NCBI RefSeq assembly: GCF_000341895.1
Contig: NC_020409.1
Coordinates: 2,820,001 to 2,852,000, forward strand
Reading direction: 5' to 3'
DNA: 32,000 nt
From: Pseudodesulfovibrio piezophilus C1TLV30
GTDB taxonomy: Bacteria; Desulfobacterota; Desulfovibrionia; Desulfovibrionales; Desulfovibrionaceae
Under the pieces are notes generated by a model. The model did no database searches. It was not told the origin of the DNA and saw only the letters and a program-made list of their open reading frames with translations. The first letter of the stretch is position 1. Each line of letters begins with the position of its first letter. This document shows, piece after piece, positions 7,937-15,772 of the stretch. Position numbers and translations under genes: made by a program.

Positions 7937-8700
7937 ATATTGTCGTCTCCAAGATAGGCCTTGATGACGGCCGGGTTGGACTGAATGTCTTCTGGAGTGC
8001 CTTCCGCAATGGTGGAACCGAAGTCGATGACCTTGATCCACTGACATAGGCTGGTCACGACTTTCATCTGATGTTCGATCATGAAGATGGTGATGTCGAA
8101 GTTCTCGTGAATCCAGTGGACGAGTTTGATGAGGTCTTCAACATCTGCTGAGTTCAGCCCAGCAGCAGGCTCATCAAGCAGCAGCAGCTTTGGCCTGATG
8201 GACATGGCACGGGCTATCTCAACCCGGCGTTGCAAGCCATACGGCAGGTTTTTGGGGAATTCCTGAGCATATTCCGTCAGACTCATGGCTCCGAGCAGCT
8301 CTTCGGCTATTTCGAGAATCCGCGCTTCACGCTGGCGGTATTTTTTACCCCGGAGGATCGAATCGAGAACCGAGTAGCCCATACGGTAGTGCTGGGCTAT
8401 TCTGATGTTGTCGAGAACGGTCATGTCGTGCCAGAGGCGAATGTTCTGGAAGGTTCTGGCAACGCCAAGGGAGGTGACCTGATGTGGTTTGAGCCCTGCT
8501 GTCAGTGATCCGTCCAGCGTGATGGTTCCTTCCGTTGGTTGGTAGAAGCCGGATATCAGGTTGAAGATAGTAGTCTTGCCTGCTCCGTTGGGACCGATCA
8601 GCCCCATGAGTTCGCCGCCTTTCATATCTATACTGAACTCGGAAACGGCCTGAAGGCCGCCAAACCGCTGGGTCAATCCGTCTATTTTGAGAAGTGACAT
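7933..8700 (-). CDS. livG: branched-chain amino acid ABC transporter ATP-binding protein LivG
   Basis: Walker A GPNGAGKTT, LPYGLQRRVEIARA, LLLLDEPAAG. The start was reset to MSLLKIDGLTQRFGG (ATG at 8698-8700), 10 nt after the livM stop. Confidence 0.9.
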   Translation of the reverse strand: MSLLKIDGLTQRFGGLQAVSEFSIDMKGGELMGLIGPNGAGKTTIFNLISGFYQPTEGTITLDGSLTAGLKPHQVTSLGVARTFQNIRLWHDMTVLDNIRIAQHYRMGYSVLDSILRGKKYRQREARILEIAEELLGAMSLTEYAQEFPKNLPYGLQRRVEIARAMSIRPKLLLLDEPAAGLNSADVEDLIKLVHWIHENFDITIFMIEHQMKVVTSLCQWIKVIDFGSTIAEGTPEDIQSNPAVIKAYLGDDNI

Positions 8701-8710
8701 GACGGACCCC

Positions 8711-9781
8711 CTATTTGAACGTGTAGTATTTTTTGAGTTTCGGGAAGACATCGGACAATTCTTTGTTGCCCATGATGCCTTCTGGCCTGAACTGCATGAC
8801 AAGGACCAGGAGCAGGGGGATCATCACCCATTTGATGACTCCTGCGGAAGGTTCCCAATCCGGGAAGACCCAGGTTGCCGGTGCCAGCAGAAAGTCCATG
8901 AGAGCCTGAGATCTGAGCAGCTCCATGAGGGCTGTGAAAACCACTGCCGAAATAACTGCTCCGGACAAGGACCCCATGCCGCCGAGATAAACCATGACCA
9001 TGGCTTCGGTGGACTTGAGGATATTGAAGGATTGTGGATTAACGTAGCCGACGATATGGGCAAAGAGGCCTCCCGCGCATCCGGCGAGACCTGCTGAGAT
9101 CATGAAGTTGATTGTTTTGATCTTGTTGGTGTTCACGGACATGATTTCAGCCGCCACTTCATCCTGACAGATTGCGTTCACGCCTTTTCCGTAAGTGGAT
9201 GTGATGAATCGGCGTATCACCCAGATGGTGAAGATGGTGAATGTGATGACCCAGAAGAGCATCCATGGGCCGTTCAGCGTGTCTTTCATCGCCCAGACTG
9301 TGCTTTTCATTCCCTGAAAACCTCGGGAACCGCCAATCCAGTCAATGTTTTCGATGCCTGAGATAACCATGTAATTCACCGCAATGGTGATGATTGCCAG
9401 ATAGTCATCACGGGTTTTGAAGGATGGGATGGCAACAAGGATGCTGCACAAGGCCGCCATGACACCACCGATGAGGATTATGAGAGGAAAGACCAGAAAC
9501 GCCAGTGAAGCCGGAAGCATGGGGTCACCCAGCTTGTCACCGAAGAAGGCTACGGAGAGGACTGAAGACACATAGGCCCCCACACACATGAAAGCGGCGT
9601 GACCACAGGTGAATTCACCCATGTTGCCGTTGACTAGATTCAGACTTGTGGACATCATGATGTTGATACCAACGAACATGATGACTGCCTGAATGTAGTT
9701 TCCGATAATGCCGAACTGTGCCAGGGTCAGTAAGACGACGGCACAGGCCAGGATCAGAACATTGAGAGAGTATTTCTGCAT
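8711..9781 (-). CDS. livM: branched-chain amino acid ABC transporter permease LivM
   Basis: Polytopic membrane protein with LivM-type sequence. ATG at 9779-9781 is preceded by GGGAGA. The TTG at 9796 in the ORF track is less likely. Confidence 0.85.
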   Translation of the reverse strand: MQKYSLNVLILACAVVLLTLAQFGIIGNYIQAVIMFVGINIMMSTSLNLVNGNMGEFTCGHAAFMCVGAYVSSVLSVAFFGDKLGDPMLPASLAFLVFPLIILIGGVMAALCSILVAIPSFKTRDDYLAIITIAVNYMVISGIENIDWIGGSRGFQGMKSTVWAMKDTLNGPWMLFWVITFTIFTIWVIRRFITSTYGKGVNAICQDEVAAEIMSVNTNKIKTINFMISAGLAGCAGGLFAHIVGYVNPQSFNILKSTEAMVMVYLGGMGSLSGAVISAVVFTALMELLRSQALMDFLLAPATWVFPDWEPSAGVIKWVMIPLLLVLVMQFRPEGIMGNKELSDVFPKLKKYYTFK

Positions 9782-9796
9782 TTCCGTGTCTCCCAA

Positions 9797-10708
9797 CTAG
9801 ATCTTGGTGGACTGTGGCATACCGAACAGTCCTGTGGGTTTGAGCCACAAAATAATGAGCAGGATGGTGAAGGCAAAGAGGTCTCGATATGTTGACGGGA
9901 AAACCGTCACGACACCGACTTCGATGAAGCCAAGCAGGAATCCACCGTAAAACGCGCCGCGAATATCTCCAATACCGCCGACAACTGCTGCGATAAATGC
10001 CTTCCAGCCGATCAGCATCCCCATGAAGGGTTCGAGAATCGGGTAGGACATGGCAAAGAGCAGCCCTGCCAGTCCCGCGAAAGCAGACCCTAGGACGAAT
10101 GTGAAGACGATGATGGAATCGATGGGAATACCCATGAGCGGGATAGCGAATTTGTCGTAGGAAATACCGCGCATGGCCATGCCTATTTTCGTTCTGGTCA
10201 CGATGAAATTCAGGATGGCAAAGACAGCGACTGCCGCGACAATGACAATGACCTTGAGGTTGGTAATGGTGACGCCACCGAAATGCCAGATGGATTTTTC
10301 GATCAGTTCAGGAAACTTGAGGCGGCTTGCTCCGAGGACGGCAAGGTTGGAGTATTCGAGAATCAAGCCACACATAAGGGCGGTAATAACCACGTAAAGG
10401 CGGTGTGCTCCTTTGCGTCGAAGAGGTCGATAAGCGATCCGTTCAAGGGTGACACCGACACATGCCGTCAGGGCCATGGTCAGGGGGACGGCACATATGA
10501 ATGTCATGATAGGTGAAAGCCCCAGGGCTGGGCCGAGCATGAAACCTGAGACAAAAAAAGCGATATACGCGCCCACCATGAAGATGTCGCCATGGGCGAA
10601 GTTAATCAGGCGCAAAACACCATACACGAGGGTGTACCCCAGTGCGATGAGCGCGTAAAAACTTCCCCACTGCAGGGCGTTGAGTATATTTTGGATAATG
10701 AAGTCCAC
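9797..10708 (-). CDS. livH: branched-chain amino acid ABC transporter permease LivH
   Basis: Contains LNALQWGSFYALIALGYTLVYG..INFAHGD, typical of LivH. The preferred start is GTG at 10706-10708, preceded by AGGAAG with a 6-nt spacer, giving 303 aa, similar in N-terminal length to E. coli LivH as I recall it. The alternative ATG at 10771 has no SD and abuts the hairpin T-run. Confidence 0.8.
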   Translation of the reverse strand: MDFIIQNILNALQWGSFYALIALGYTLVYGVLRLINFAHGDIFMVGAYIAFFVSGFMLGPALGLSPIMTFICAVPLTMALTACVGVTLERIAYRPLRRKGAHRLYVVITALMCGLILEYSNLAVLGASRLKFPELIEKSIWHFGGVTITNLKVIVIVAAVAVFAILNFIVTRTKIGMAMRGISYDKFAIPLMGIPIDSIIVFTFVLGSAFAGLAGLLFAMSYPILEPFMGMLIGWKAFIAAVVGGIGDIRGAFYGGFLLGFIEVGVVTVFPSTYRDLFAFTILLIILWLKPTGLFGMPQSTKI

Positions 10709-10778
10709 TGCGGTTCTTCCTTGAAATATCTTTTTGATATCGAGCCATCCGTTGGCTGGACTGGCCGTCATGGTTATC

Positions 10779-10810
10779 AAAAGGGCGGAGGCCTCATGGT
10801 CCCCGCCCTG
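10779..10810 (-). terminator. intra-operon hairpin / partial terminator between livJ and livH
   Basis: On the minus strand: GGGCGGGG-(9-nt loop)-CCTCCGCCC followed by TTTTGA, 22 nt after the livJ stop. Confidence 0.5.
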
Positions 10811-10831
10811 TTTTCATTCGTTGTCAGCAGG

Positions 10832-12016
10832 TTATGGGCAGACGGATTCTTCGAAAACGAATTCACCCTGGTCGCTGATCTTGACGACGACCGCGCACTT
10901 GATCGGATCGCCCTGTGCATCAAACTTTGAGGAACCGGTGATACCGTCAAAGGACTTGATGGCGGCCAGGCCGTCGCGAACGAGTTTGCGCATTTCTACA
11001 GGATCAGAAGCAACCTTGCCTGCATTCTTGATGGCCTCAACCATGATTCCGATGGAATCCCAGGTCAGGGCTGCATAGTCGGCAGGGGTTGTGCCATAGG
11101 CTTTTTCGTAGCGGTCAATAAAGACCTTGGTGGCACCCTTGGCTCCGGCGGCGGCATAGTGAGTGGAGAAGTAGTTGCCGTAGCACTGTTCACCGCAGAG
11201 CTTGATCAGATCGGGAGTACCCCAGGCATCGGAACCCATGAAGGGGCCTTTGTAGCCGAGGTCACGAGCCTGCTGGACTATCAGTGCGACCTGATTGTAG
11301 TTGTCCGGCACGAAAATGAAGTCTGGGTTGGCTTTCACGATAGTGGTCAACTGAGCAGAAAAATCCTGATCTTTGGTGCCGTGAGATTCAAAGGCAACGA
11401 CCGGGCCGAGACCTTTGGCTTCCCAGGAAGCTTTGAATATTTCAGCCAGCCCCTTGGAGTAGTCATTGGAAACGTCAAAGAGGACAGCCGAGGTCTTTGC
11501 ATCGAACTTCTTGGCGGCAAAGTCTGCAACGACCGGACCCTGGAATGGGTCAAGGAAGGCTGCACGGAAGACCCAGGGGCGATCCAGAGTCGTGCTGGGA
11601 TTGGTGGACCAGGGGGAAATCATGGGGACACGGTTGTCGTTGCAGGTTCCACCGGCTGGTACTGCCTGTTTGGATGAGTTGGGACCAATGATGGCGATGA
11701 CATTTTCCTGATCGATGAGCTTCAGAGCCACGTTGGTTGCGGATTCCGCTTTGGACTCGTTGTCCATGTAGACGAATTCCAGGGGGTATTTCTTGCCGCC
11801 AACTTCCAGTCCACCAGATGCGTTGATGTCCTTGAGGTACATCTCCGCTGCATTCTTGGAACCTTCACCAACCTCCGGAATATCACCGGTCAGGGGCAGG
11901 TTGAAGCCGATCTTGATGGTCTGGGCCTTTTCTTCGCCGCAACCGGCGAGCAGGAAGGCGGAGCATACGAGCATGAGGGTCAAAGCACCCACGCTTTTCA
12001 GAAAAACTTTCATCAT
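10832..12016 (-). CDS. livJ: branched-chain amino acid ABC transporter substrate-binding lipoprotein (LivJ/LivK family, type 1 periplasmic binding fold)
   Basis: 394 aa with a signal peptide and lipobox (FLLAGC). IKIGFNLPLTGD..., IIGPNSS and other features are typical of Leu/Ile/Val-binding proteins. It is the first gene of the liv operon. Confidence 0.85.
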   Translation of the reverse strand: MMKVFLKSVGALTLMLVCSAFLLAGCGEEKAQTIKIGFNLPLTGDIPEVGEGSKNAAEMYLKDINASGGLEVGGKKYPLEFVYMDNESKAESATNVALKLIDQENVIAIIGPNSSKQAVPAGGTCNDNRVPMISPWSTNPSTTLDRPWVFRAAFLDPFQGPVVADFAAKKFDAKTSAVLFDVSNDYSKGLAEIFKASWEAKGLGPVVAFESHGTKDQDFSAQLTTIVKANPDFIFVPDNYNQVALIVQQARDLGYKGPFMGSDAWGTPDLIKLCGEQCYGNYFSTHYAAAGAKGATKVFIDRYEKAYGTTPADYAALTWDSIGIMVEAIKNAGKVASDPVEMRKLVRDGLAAIKSFDGITGSSKFDAQGDPIKCAVVVKISDQGEFVFEESVCP

Positions 12017-12264
12017 TTCCTCCTCTCATAGGAATTACAGTAACCAGTTGTGTGAACAAGCCCGATTCATACACAAAATTCAGAGTAGAGAAAAGGGGTT
12101 TTCCATAATACATTTTTGCAAATGGTCCAGTATCTATGAATTAATTTCGTATTATCGGGGAAATGTCAGTGGAATCGTCGCGAAATTTTCTTTTTACGCA
12201 TTTTTTTATTACCATAAATGTCATATTAAGAGCGGAGCATGTTTTATAATTCTTAGAGAAATGC

Positions 12265-12293
12265 AAAAAAAAGACCCGCCGAAAAGGCAGGTC
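12265..12293 (-). terminator. rho-independent terminator after cysC
   Basis: On the minus strand: GACCTGCC-ttttc-GGCGGGTC (one G-U pair) followed by eight T, 24 nt past the stop. Confidence 0.8.
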
Positions 12294-12316
12294 GAGGCTT
12301 CGTGTTCAGGAGATCC

Positions 12317-12913
12317 CTATAGCATAATCTTATCTTCCAGATAGGCCATAACGTTGTCGACGCATTCCTCAAGACTTTGTCGATCAGAGTCCAGATAGAG
12401 GTCCGGATTTTCCGGTGCTTCATATGGAGCTGAAATTCCCGTGTAGTTCTTGATTTTCCCTTCCCGCGCGAGCTTGTAGTAGCCTTTGACGTCGCGCGAT
12501 TCACAGACCTCTACCGGACAATCCACATGAATGAGGTGGAAATCACCTTCGGAGTGGAGGGCGCGAAGTGCTTTTTGTACCTCATGGCGGGGAGTGATGA
12601 ACGCACAGAGACAGAGGGTTCCGGCGTCCATGAAAAGTTTGGTCATTTCGCCGATACGTCGAATGTTCTCTGCACGGTCCTTTCGGGAGAAGCTCAGGTC
12701 ACCACAAAGACCATGGCGGACGTTGTCGCCATCAAAGGTATAGACATTTCGGCCCTGGTCGAAGAGTCTTTTTTCAACGGCATGGGCAATGGTGGACTTG
12801 CCTGCGCCGGAAAGACCGGTAAACCAGAGGGTCACCGCGCGATGTCCATTTCTCTTTTCTCTTTCCAGTCGGCCTATTTCTCCGCGAAATTGCCTATTAT
12901 GCCTCGGTGTCAT
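12317..12913 (-). CDS. cysC: adenylylsulfate (APS) kinase
   Basis: LWFTGLSGAGKST (P-loop), FDGDNVRHGLCGDL.FS..DR.ENIRR and AFI(T/S)P are a close pattern match to CysC. The start was reset to MTPRHN (ATG 12911-12913), 1 nt after the fadD stop at 12915-12917. Confidence 0.9.
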   Translation of the reverse strand: MTPRHNRQFRGEIGRLEREKRNGHRAVTLWFTGLSGAGKSTIAHAVEKRLFDQGRNVYTFDGDNVRHGLCGDLSFSRKDRAENIRRIGEMTKLFMDAGTLCLCAFITPRHEVQKALRALHSEGDFHLIHVDCPVEVCESRDVKGYYKLAREGKIKNYTGISAPYEAPENPDLYLDSDRQSLEECVDNVMAYLEDKIML

Positions 12914-12914
12914 G

Positions 12915-14627
12915 TTACTTCCGTCTCCTGGACCGCTTGCTTTTCTGCGTATCGATCTTGGCAATTTCTTCTTCACGAAGTGCGCGACGAAGGACTTTAC
13001 CGACCATGGTTTTGGGGAGATCTGTTCGGAACTCAACGCGCCTCGGGACTTTATAATTGGCAAGTTTTTCCCGACAATAGGCTATGACGTCACTTCGGGA
13101 GAGGTTTTCGCCCTTTGCGAGGACAACGAAAACTTTGACTATCTCGCCGCGCGCCTCATGGGGGATGCCGACACTGACCGCCTCTTCGATTTTGGGGTGC
13201 GAATGCAGGACTTCATCTATTTCACGGGGGTATATATTGTACCCTCCTGATATAATGAGGTCTTTTTTGCGATCGACGATAAAAAAGTATCCTTCTTCAT
13301 CCATATAGGCAATGTCACCAGTGTAAAGCCAGCCATTTCTGAGGACGTCAGCTGTGGCGTCAGGACGATTGTAATACCCCTTCATGACCTGAGGGCCGCG
13401 AATGACGAGCTCTCCCCGTTTGCCGGGTTCAAGGGGATCACCTCCCACGTCCATATCCACGACTTTGGCGTCTGTGTCGGGAAAGGGAAGTCCTATGGAG
13501 CCGTTCTTGCGAACCCCTTCAATGGGGTTGAAGTGTGTTACGGGTGACGCTTCGGTCAATCCATAGCCTTCTGAAAGTGCCGTCCCGGTAACTTTGGCAA
13601 ACTGTTCCATGTATTCTACGGGCATGGGAGCCGAGCCGGAGACACAACAATTGATGGAGGAGAGGTCGTATTTTTCGACATCGCGTTGTTGAAGGAGTGA
13701 AATATACAGGGAGGGGGCACCAGGAAAGACAGTGGGTTTTAACTTCTGAATGCCCTTGAGGACATCCATGGGAACATATCGAGGAAACGGAGCCAGGGTC
13801 GCTCCCATACTGGTGGGCCATGTCAGGCACGTGGTCAAACCATATATATGGAAATAGGGCAGAATGCCGAGAAATGTTTCCTTCTGCTGCCCGAGGGTAT
13901 GCATCATGGATTGACATTGTTGCAGGTTCGCCCCCAGATTGAAGTGGGTCAAAACGCAGCCCTTGGCAACTCCTGTCGTTCCTCCCGTATACTGCAGGAG
14001 GGCTGTGTCCTCTGGCGAAAGTCGATCCTCCGTGAACTTGTCACGGCCTTTGGTCAGTGTTTTGAAAGGGATGACTGATTTGTCGTCATAGGGGATTTTC
14101 GGGGCTGTTCCCTTTTTCATTGCCTGGAACTTGTAGAGCCAATTGAGTGGGAATTTCAGCCCCTCACCGATCGTGGTGACAAAGAATTTTTCGACATTGA
14201 TTGAGTCGCGAAGCTTTTCAAGTTTGGGCCAAAGCAAATCCAGAGTTATACAGAAACGGACTCCGGCGTCATTGAATTGATGGACTATTTCCGTTTCCAT
14301 ATAGAGCGGGTTTGTCATGACGCCGATACCGCCGCACCGGGTCACTCCCCAGAAAGCGATAATGGTCTGGGGGAGGTTGGGAAGCATCATTGCAACCCGA
14401 TCCCCTTTGCGTAGCCCGGCAGCCTTGAGCCCTGCTGCAAATATTTCGCTTTGGGCCTTGAGTTTGGCATAGGATATTGACCAATTCTTGAATACGATGG
14501 CCGTTCTGTTGGGCCATTTGTGTGCGGCGCGATCAAGAAAACGGAAAAGCGGAATCCGTTCGTAATCAATGTTTGGCGGAACAACCGGATCGTATGATTT
14601 CAACCAGGGACGGGCTATGGGCTCCAT
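12915..14627 (-). CDS. fadD: long-chain fatty acid--CoA ligase (AMP-forming acyl-CoA synthetase, FadD-like)
   Basis: AMP-binding motif LQYTGGTTGVAKG, plus GYGLTE, YTGD and PKTMVGKVLRR. The start was reset to MEPIARPWLKSY (ATG 14625-14627) with AGGA 6 nt upstream. The C-terminal tail is basic (KSKRSRRRK). Confidence 0.88.
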   Translation of the reverse strand: MEPIARPWLKSYDPVVPPNIDYERIPLFRFLDRAAHKWPNRTAIVFKNWSISYAKLKAQSEIFAAGLKAAGLRKGDRVAMMLPNLPQTIIAFWGVTRCGGIGVMTNPLYMETEIVHQFNDAGVRFCITLDLLWPKLEKLRDSINVEKFFVTTIGEGLKFPLNWLYKFQAMKKGTAPKIPYDDKSVIPFKTLTKGRDKFTEDRLSPEDTALLQYTGGTTGVAKGCVLTHFNLGANLQQCQSMMHTLGQQKETFLGILPYFHIYGLTTCLTWPTSMGATLAPFPRYVPMDVLKGIQKLKPTVFPGAPSLYISLLQQRDVEKYDLSSINCCVSGSAPMPVEYMEQFAKVTGTALSEGYGLTEASPVTHFNPIEGVRKNGSIGLPFPDTDAKVVDMDVGGDPLEPGKRGELVIRGPQVMKGYYNRPDATADVLRNGWLYTGDIAYMDEEGYFFIVDRKKDLIISGGYNIYPREIDEVLHSHPKIEEAVSVGIPHEARGEIVKVFVVLAKGENLSRSDVIAYCREKLANYKVPRRVEFRTDLPKTMVGKVLRRALREEEIAKIDTQKSKRSRRRK

Positions 14628-14851
14628 GAAGGGTCCTTTCAAAAGTATTGGGTCAGAAAAAATGTCGGGGAGACCGTATAATAGCCTGTCCATGCGGTCA
14701 ACAAGGCTGTTTAAAACTCGGTGCAATCACATTTTTTTGACGGTCATTTCTCTGAGAGTGTTCTTTTAAGGAAAAGTTTTTTTACGAATAGTCTTATTTT
14801 AAAGAGCGTTGCACCCAATTGTCTTCATGGAAGACAGAGGAGATTAGCTCT

Positions 14852-14867
14852 TGGCAGGTATATTGCA
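14852..14867 (+). promoter_or_regulatory. candidate sigma54 (-24/-12) promoter facing the wHTH regulator and neuB-like genes
   Basis: TGGCAG-gtata-TTGCA with exact GG-N10-GC spacing. A perfect palindrome GTCTTC-atg-GAAGAC (14821-14835) lies 16 nt upstream. Confidence 0.5.
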
Positions 14868-15052
14868 AAATATTTTCTTGAGTCAAAGGTGTGGAAATCG
14901 TTGCCCACTGTCTAAAGTAAAATGCAGAAAGGCCGATCATTCACTGTGTCAACAATTTCTCCGTTTGTAGGAAAAACGGTTTCCTCAACGAGTGAAAGGT
15001 TGAAATGTATTGTGAATAGGCCAGTTGACAGGGTTGCAGTGCGCGACTAGGG

Positions 15053-15061
15053 TGATATAAT
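15053..15061 (+). promoter_or_regulatory. candidate extended -10 sigma70 promoter (TGaTATAAT)
   Basis: TGATATAAT sits 62 nt upstream of the ATG at 15123. The nearest TTGACA (15025-15030) is 25 nt away, too far to act as a -35 box. Confidence 0.4.
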
Positions 15062-15122
15062 CAGCACTGAAGCACGTCAAAAATCAAGATGAATCATTGA
15101 CCGAGCGAATGGACGAGAGTGA

Positions 15123-15770
15123 ATGTCAGAACCAGCTGCACATGGAATCAAAGGAATGTTGATCACGGACGGGCTTTACCTGAAACCGAGCAAGTCGACC
15201 CGGGTGCTCGCCATTCTGGAGGCATTGACTCGTGACTCGAATCTGTCCCAGTTCGAGTTGGGGAGACGCCTCAACCTGTCTGGGGCCATGGTCAACCAAT
15301 ATCTCAAGCAGCTTCAGGAAGGCGGGCTGGTCGAATTTCTTCCCGTCAACGGGAAAAGCTACCATTACACTCTGACCGATAAGGGAAAACAGGTCCGACG
15401 TGACATGTTTTCCGACTATTCTTCCGAGACAATCCGACTTTATACCACTATCAAGGATTTCGTCTTGGAGAATCTGCGGGGACTGCTTGATGAAGGCAAG
15501 ACCCGGCTGGCTCTTTTTGGGGCTTCAGAAACCTGTGAAGTGGTTTTGTCAGCATTGCGCGACACCAAATTTCAAATAATGATTTTGCTGGACAATGATC
15601 CCAAAAAACAGGGACAGTTGTTCAATGGGCATGTGGTTTCGGCTCCTCAGGTTATGGAGCAGGTCGACTGTGACGCAGTGGTCATCACCTCATTCGGCAA
15701 GCAAGCCGAGATATATGAGCAACTCAAGCCGTACTCAGAAAAGCGCGGATTCCAAATCGTGAGATTTTGA
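15123..15770 (+). CDS. winged-helix (MarR/ArsR-like) DNA-binding domain fused to a C-terminal Rossmann-like domain (Rex / NeuD-N-terminal-like); putative regulator
   Basis: The N-terminal HTH is LSQFELGRRLNLSGAMVNQYLKQLQEGGLVE. The C-terminal LALFGASETCEVV...ILLDNDPKKQGQLFNGHVVSAP..DAVVITS resembles the nucleotide-binding fold pattern of Rex and NeuD-type proteins. Its stop is 2 nt before the next ATG. Confidence 0.7.
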   Translation: MSEPAAHGIKGMLITDGLYLKPSKSTRVLAILEALTRDSNLSQFELGRRLNLSGAMVNQYLKQLQEGGLVEFLPVNGKSYHYTLTDKGKQVRRDMFSDYSSETIRLYTTIKDFVLENLRGLLDEGKTRLALFGASETCEVVLSALRDTKFQIMILLDNDPKKQGQLFNGHVVSAPQVMEQVDCDAVVITSFGKQAEIYEQLKPYSEKRGFQIVRF

Positions 15771-15772
15771 TT

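Noticed and set aside
7124-7957. 277-aa plus-strand ORF
   Set aside because: It is antisense to livF, which has full ABC ATPase motifs. It has no motifs of its own.
7937-8047. 5' extensions of several ORF-track entries (also 8701-8802, 12914-13063, 14628-14726, 17016-17033, 26869-26955, 26919-27044, 28621-28749, 31029-31205)
   Set aside because: The extensions overlap the upstream gene or lack an RBS, and their translations are compositionally odd. Internal ATGs with an SD and/or stop-start overlap give family-typical N-termini.
12117-12132. sigma54-like TGG...TTGCA upstream of livJ (minus strand TACTGGACCATTTGCA)
   Set aside because: The GG-to-GC spacing is 3 nt too short for a -24/-12 promoter.
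14961-14985. Two mutually exclusive 6-bp hairpins (CCGTTT/AAACGG and AGGAAA/TTTCCT) in the leader of the regulator gene
   Set aside because: The stems are short and AT-rich, so they could easily arise by chance. There is no recognisable riboswitch or attenuator context.
15025-15061. TTGACA plus TATAAT as a classical sigma70 promoter
   Set aside because: The spacer is 25 nt. Only the extended -10 (TGaTATAAT) is retained as a candidate.
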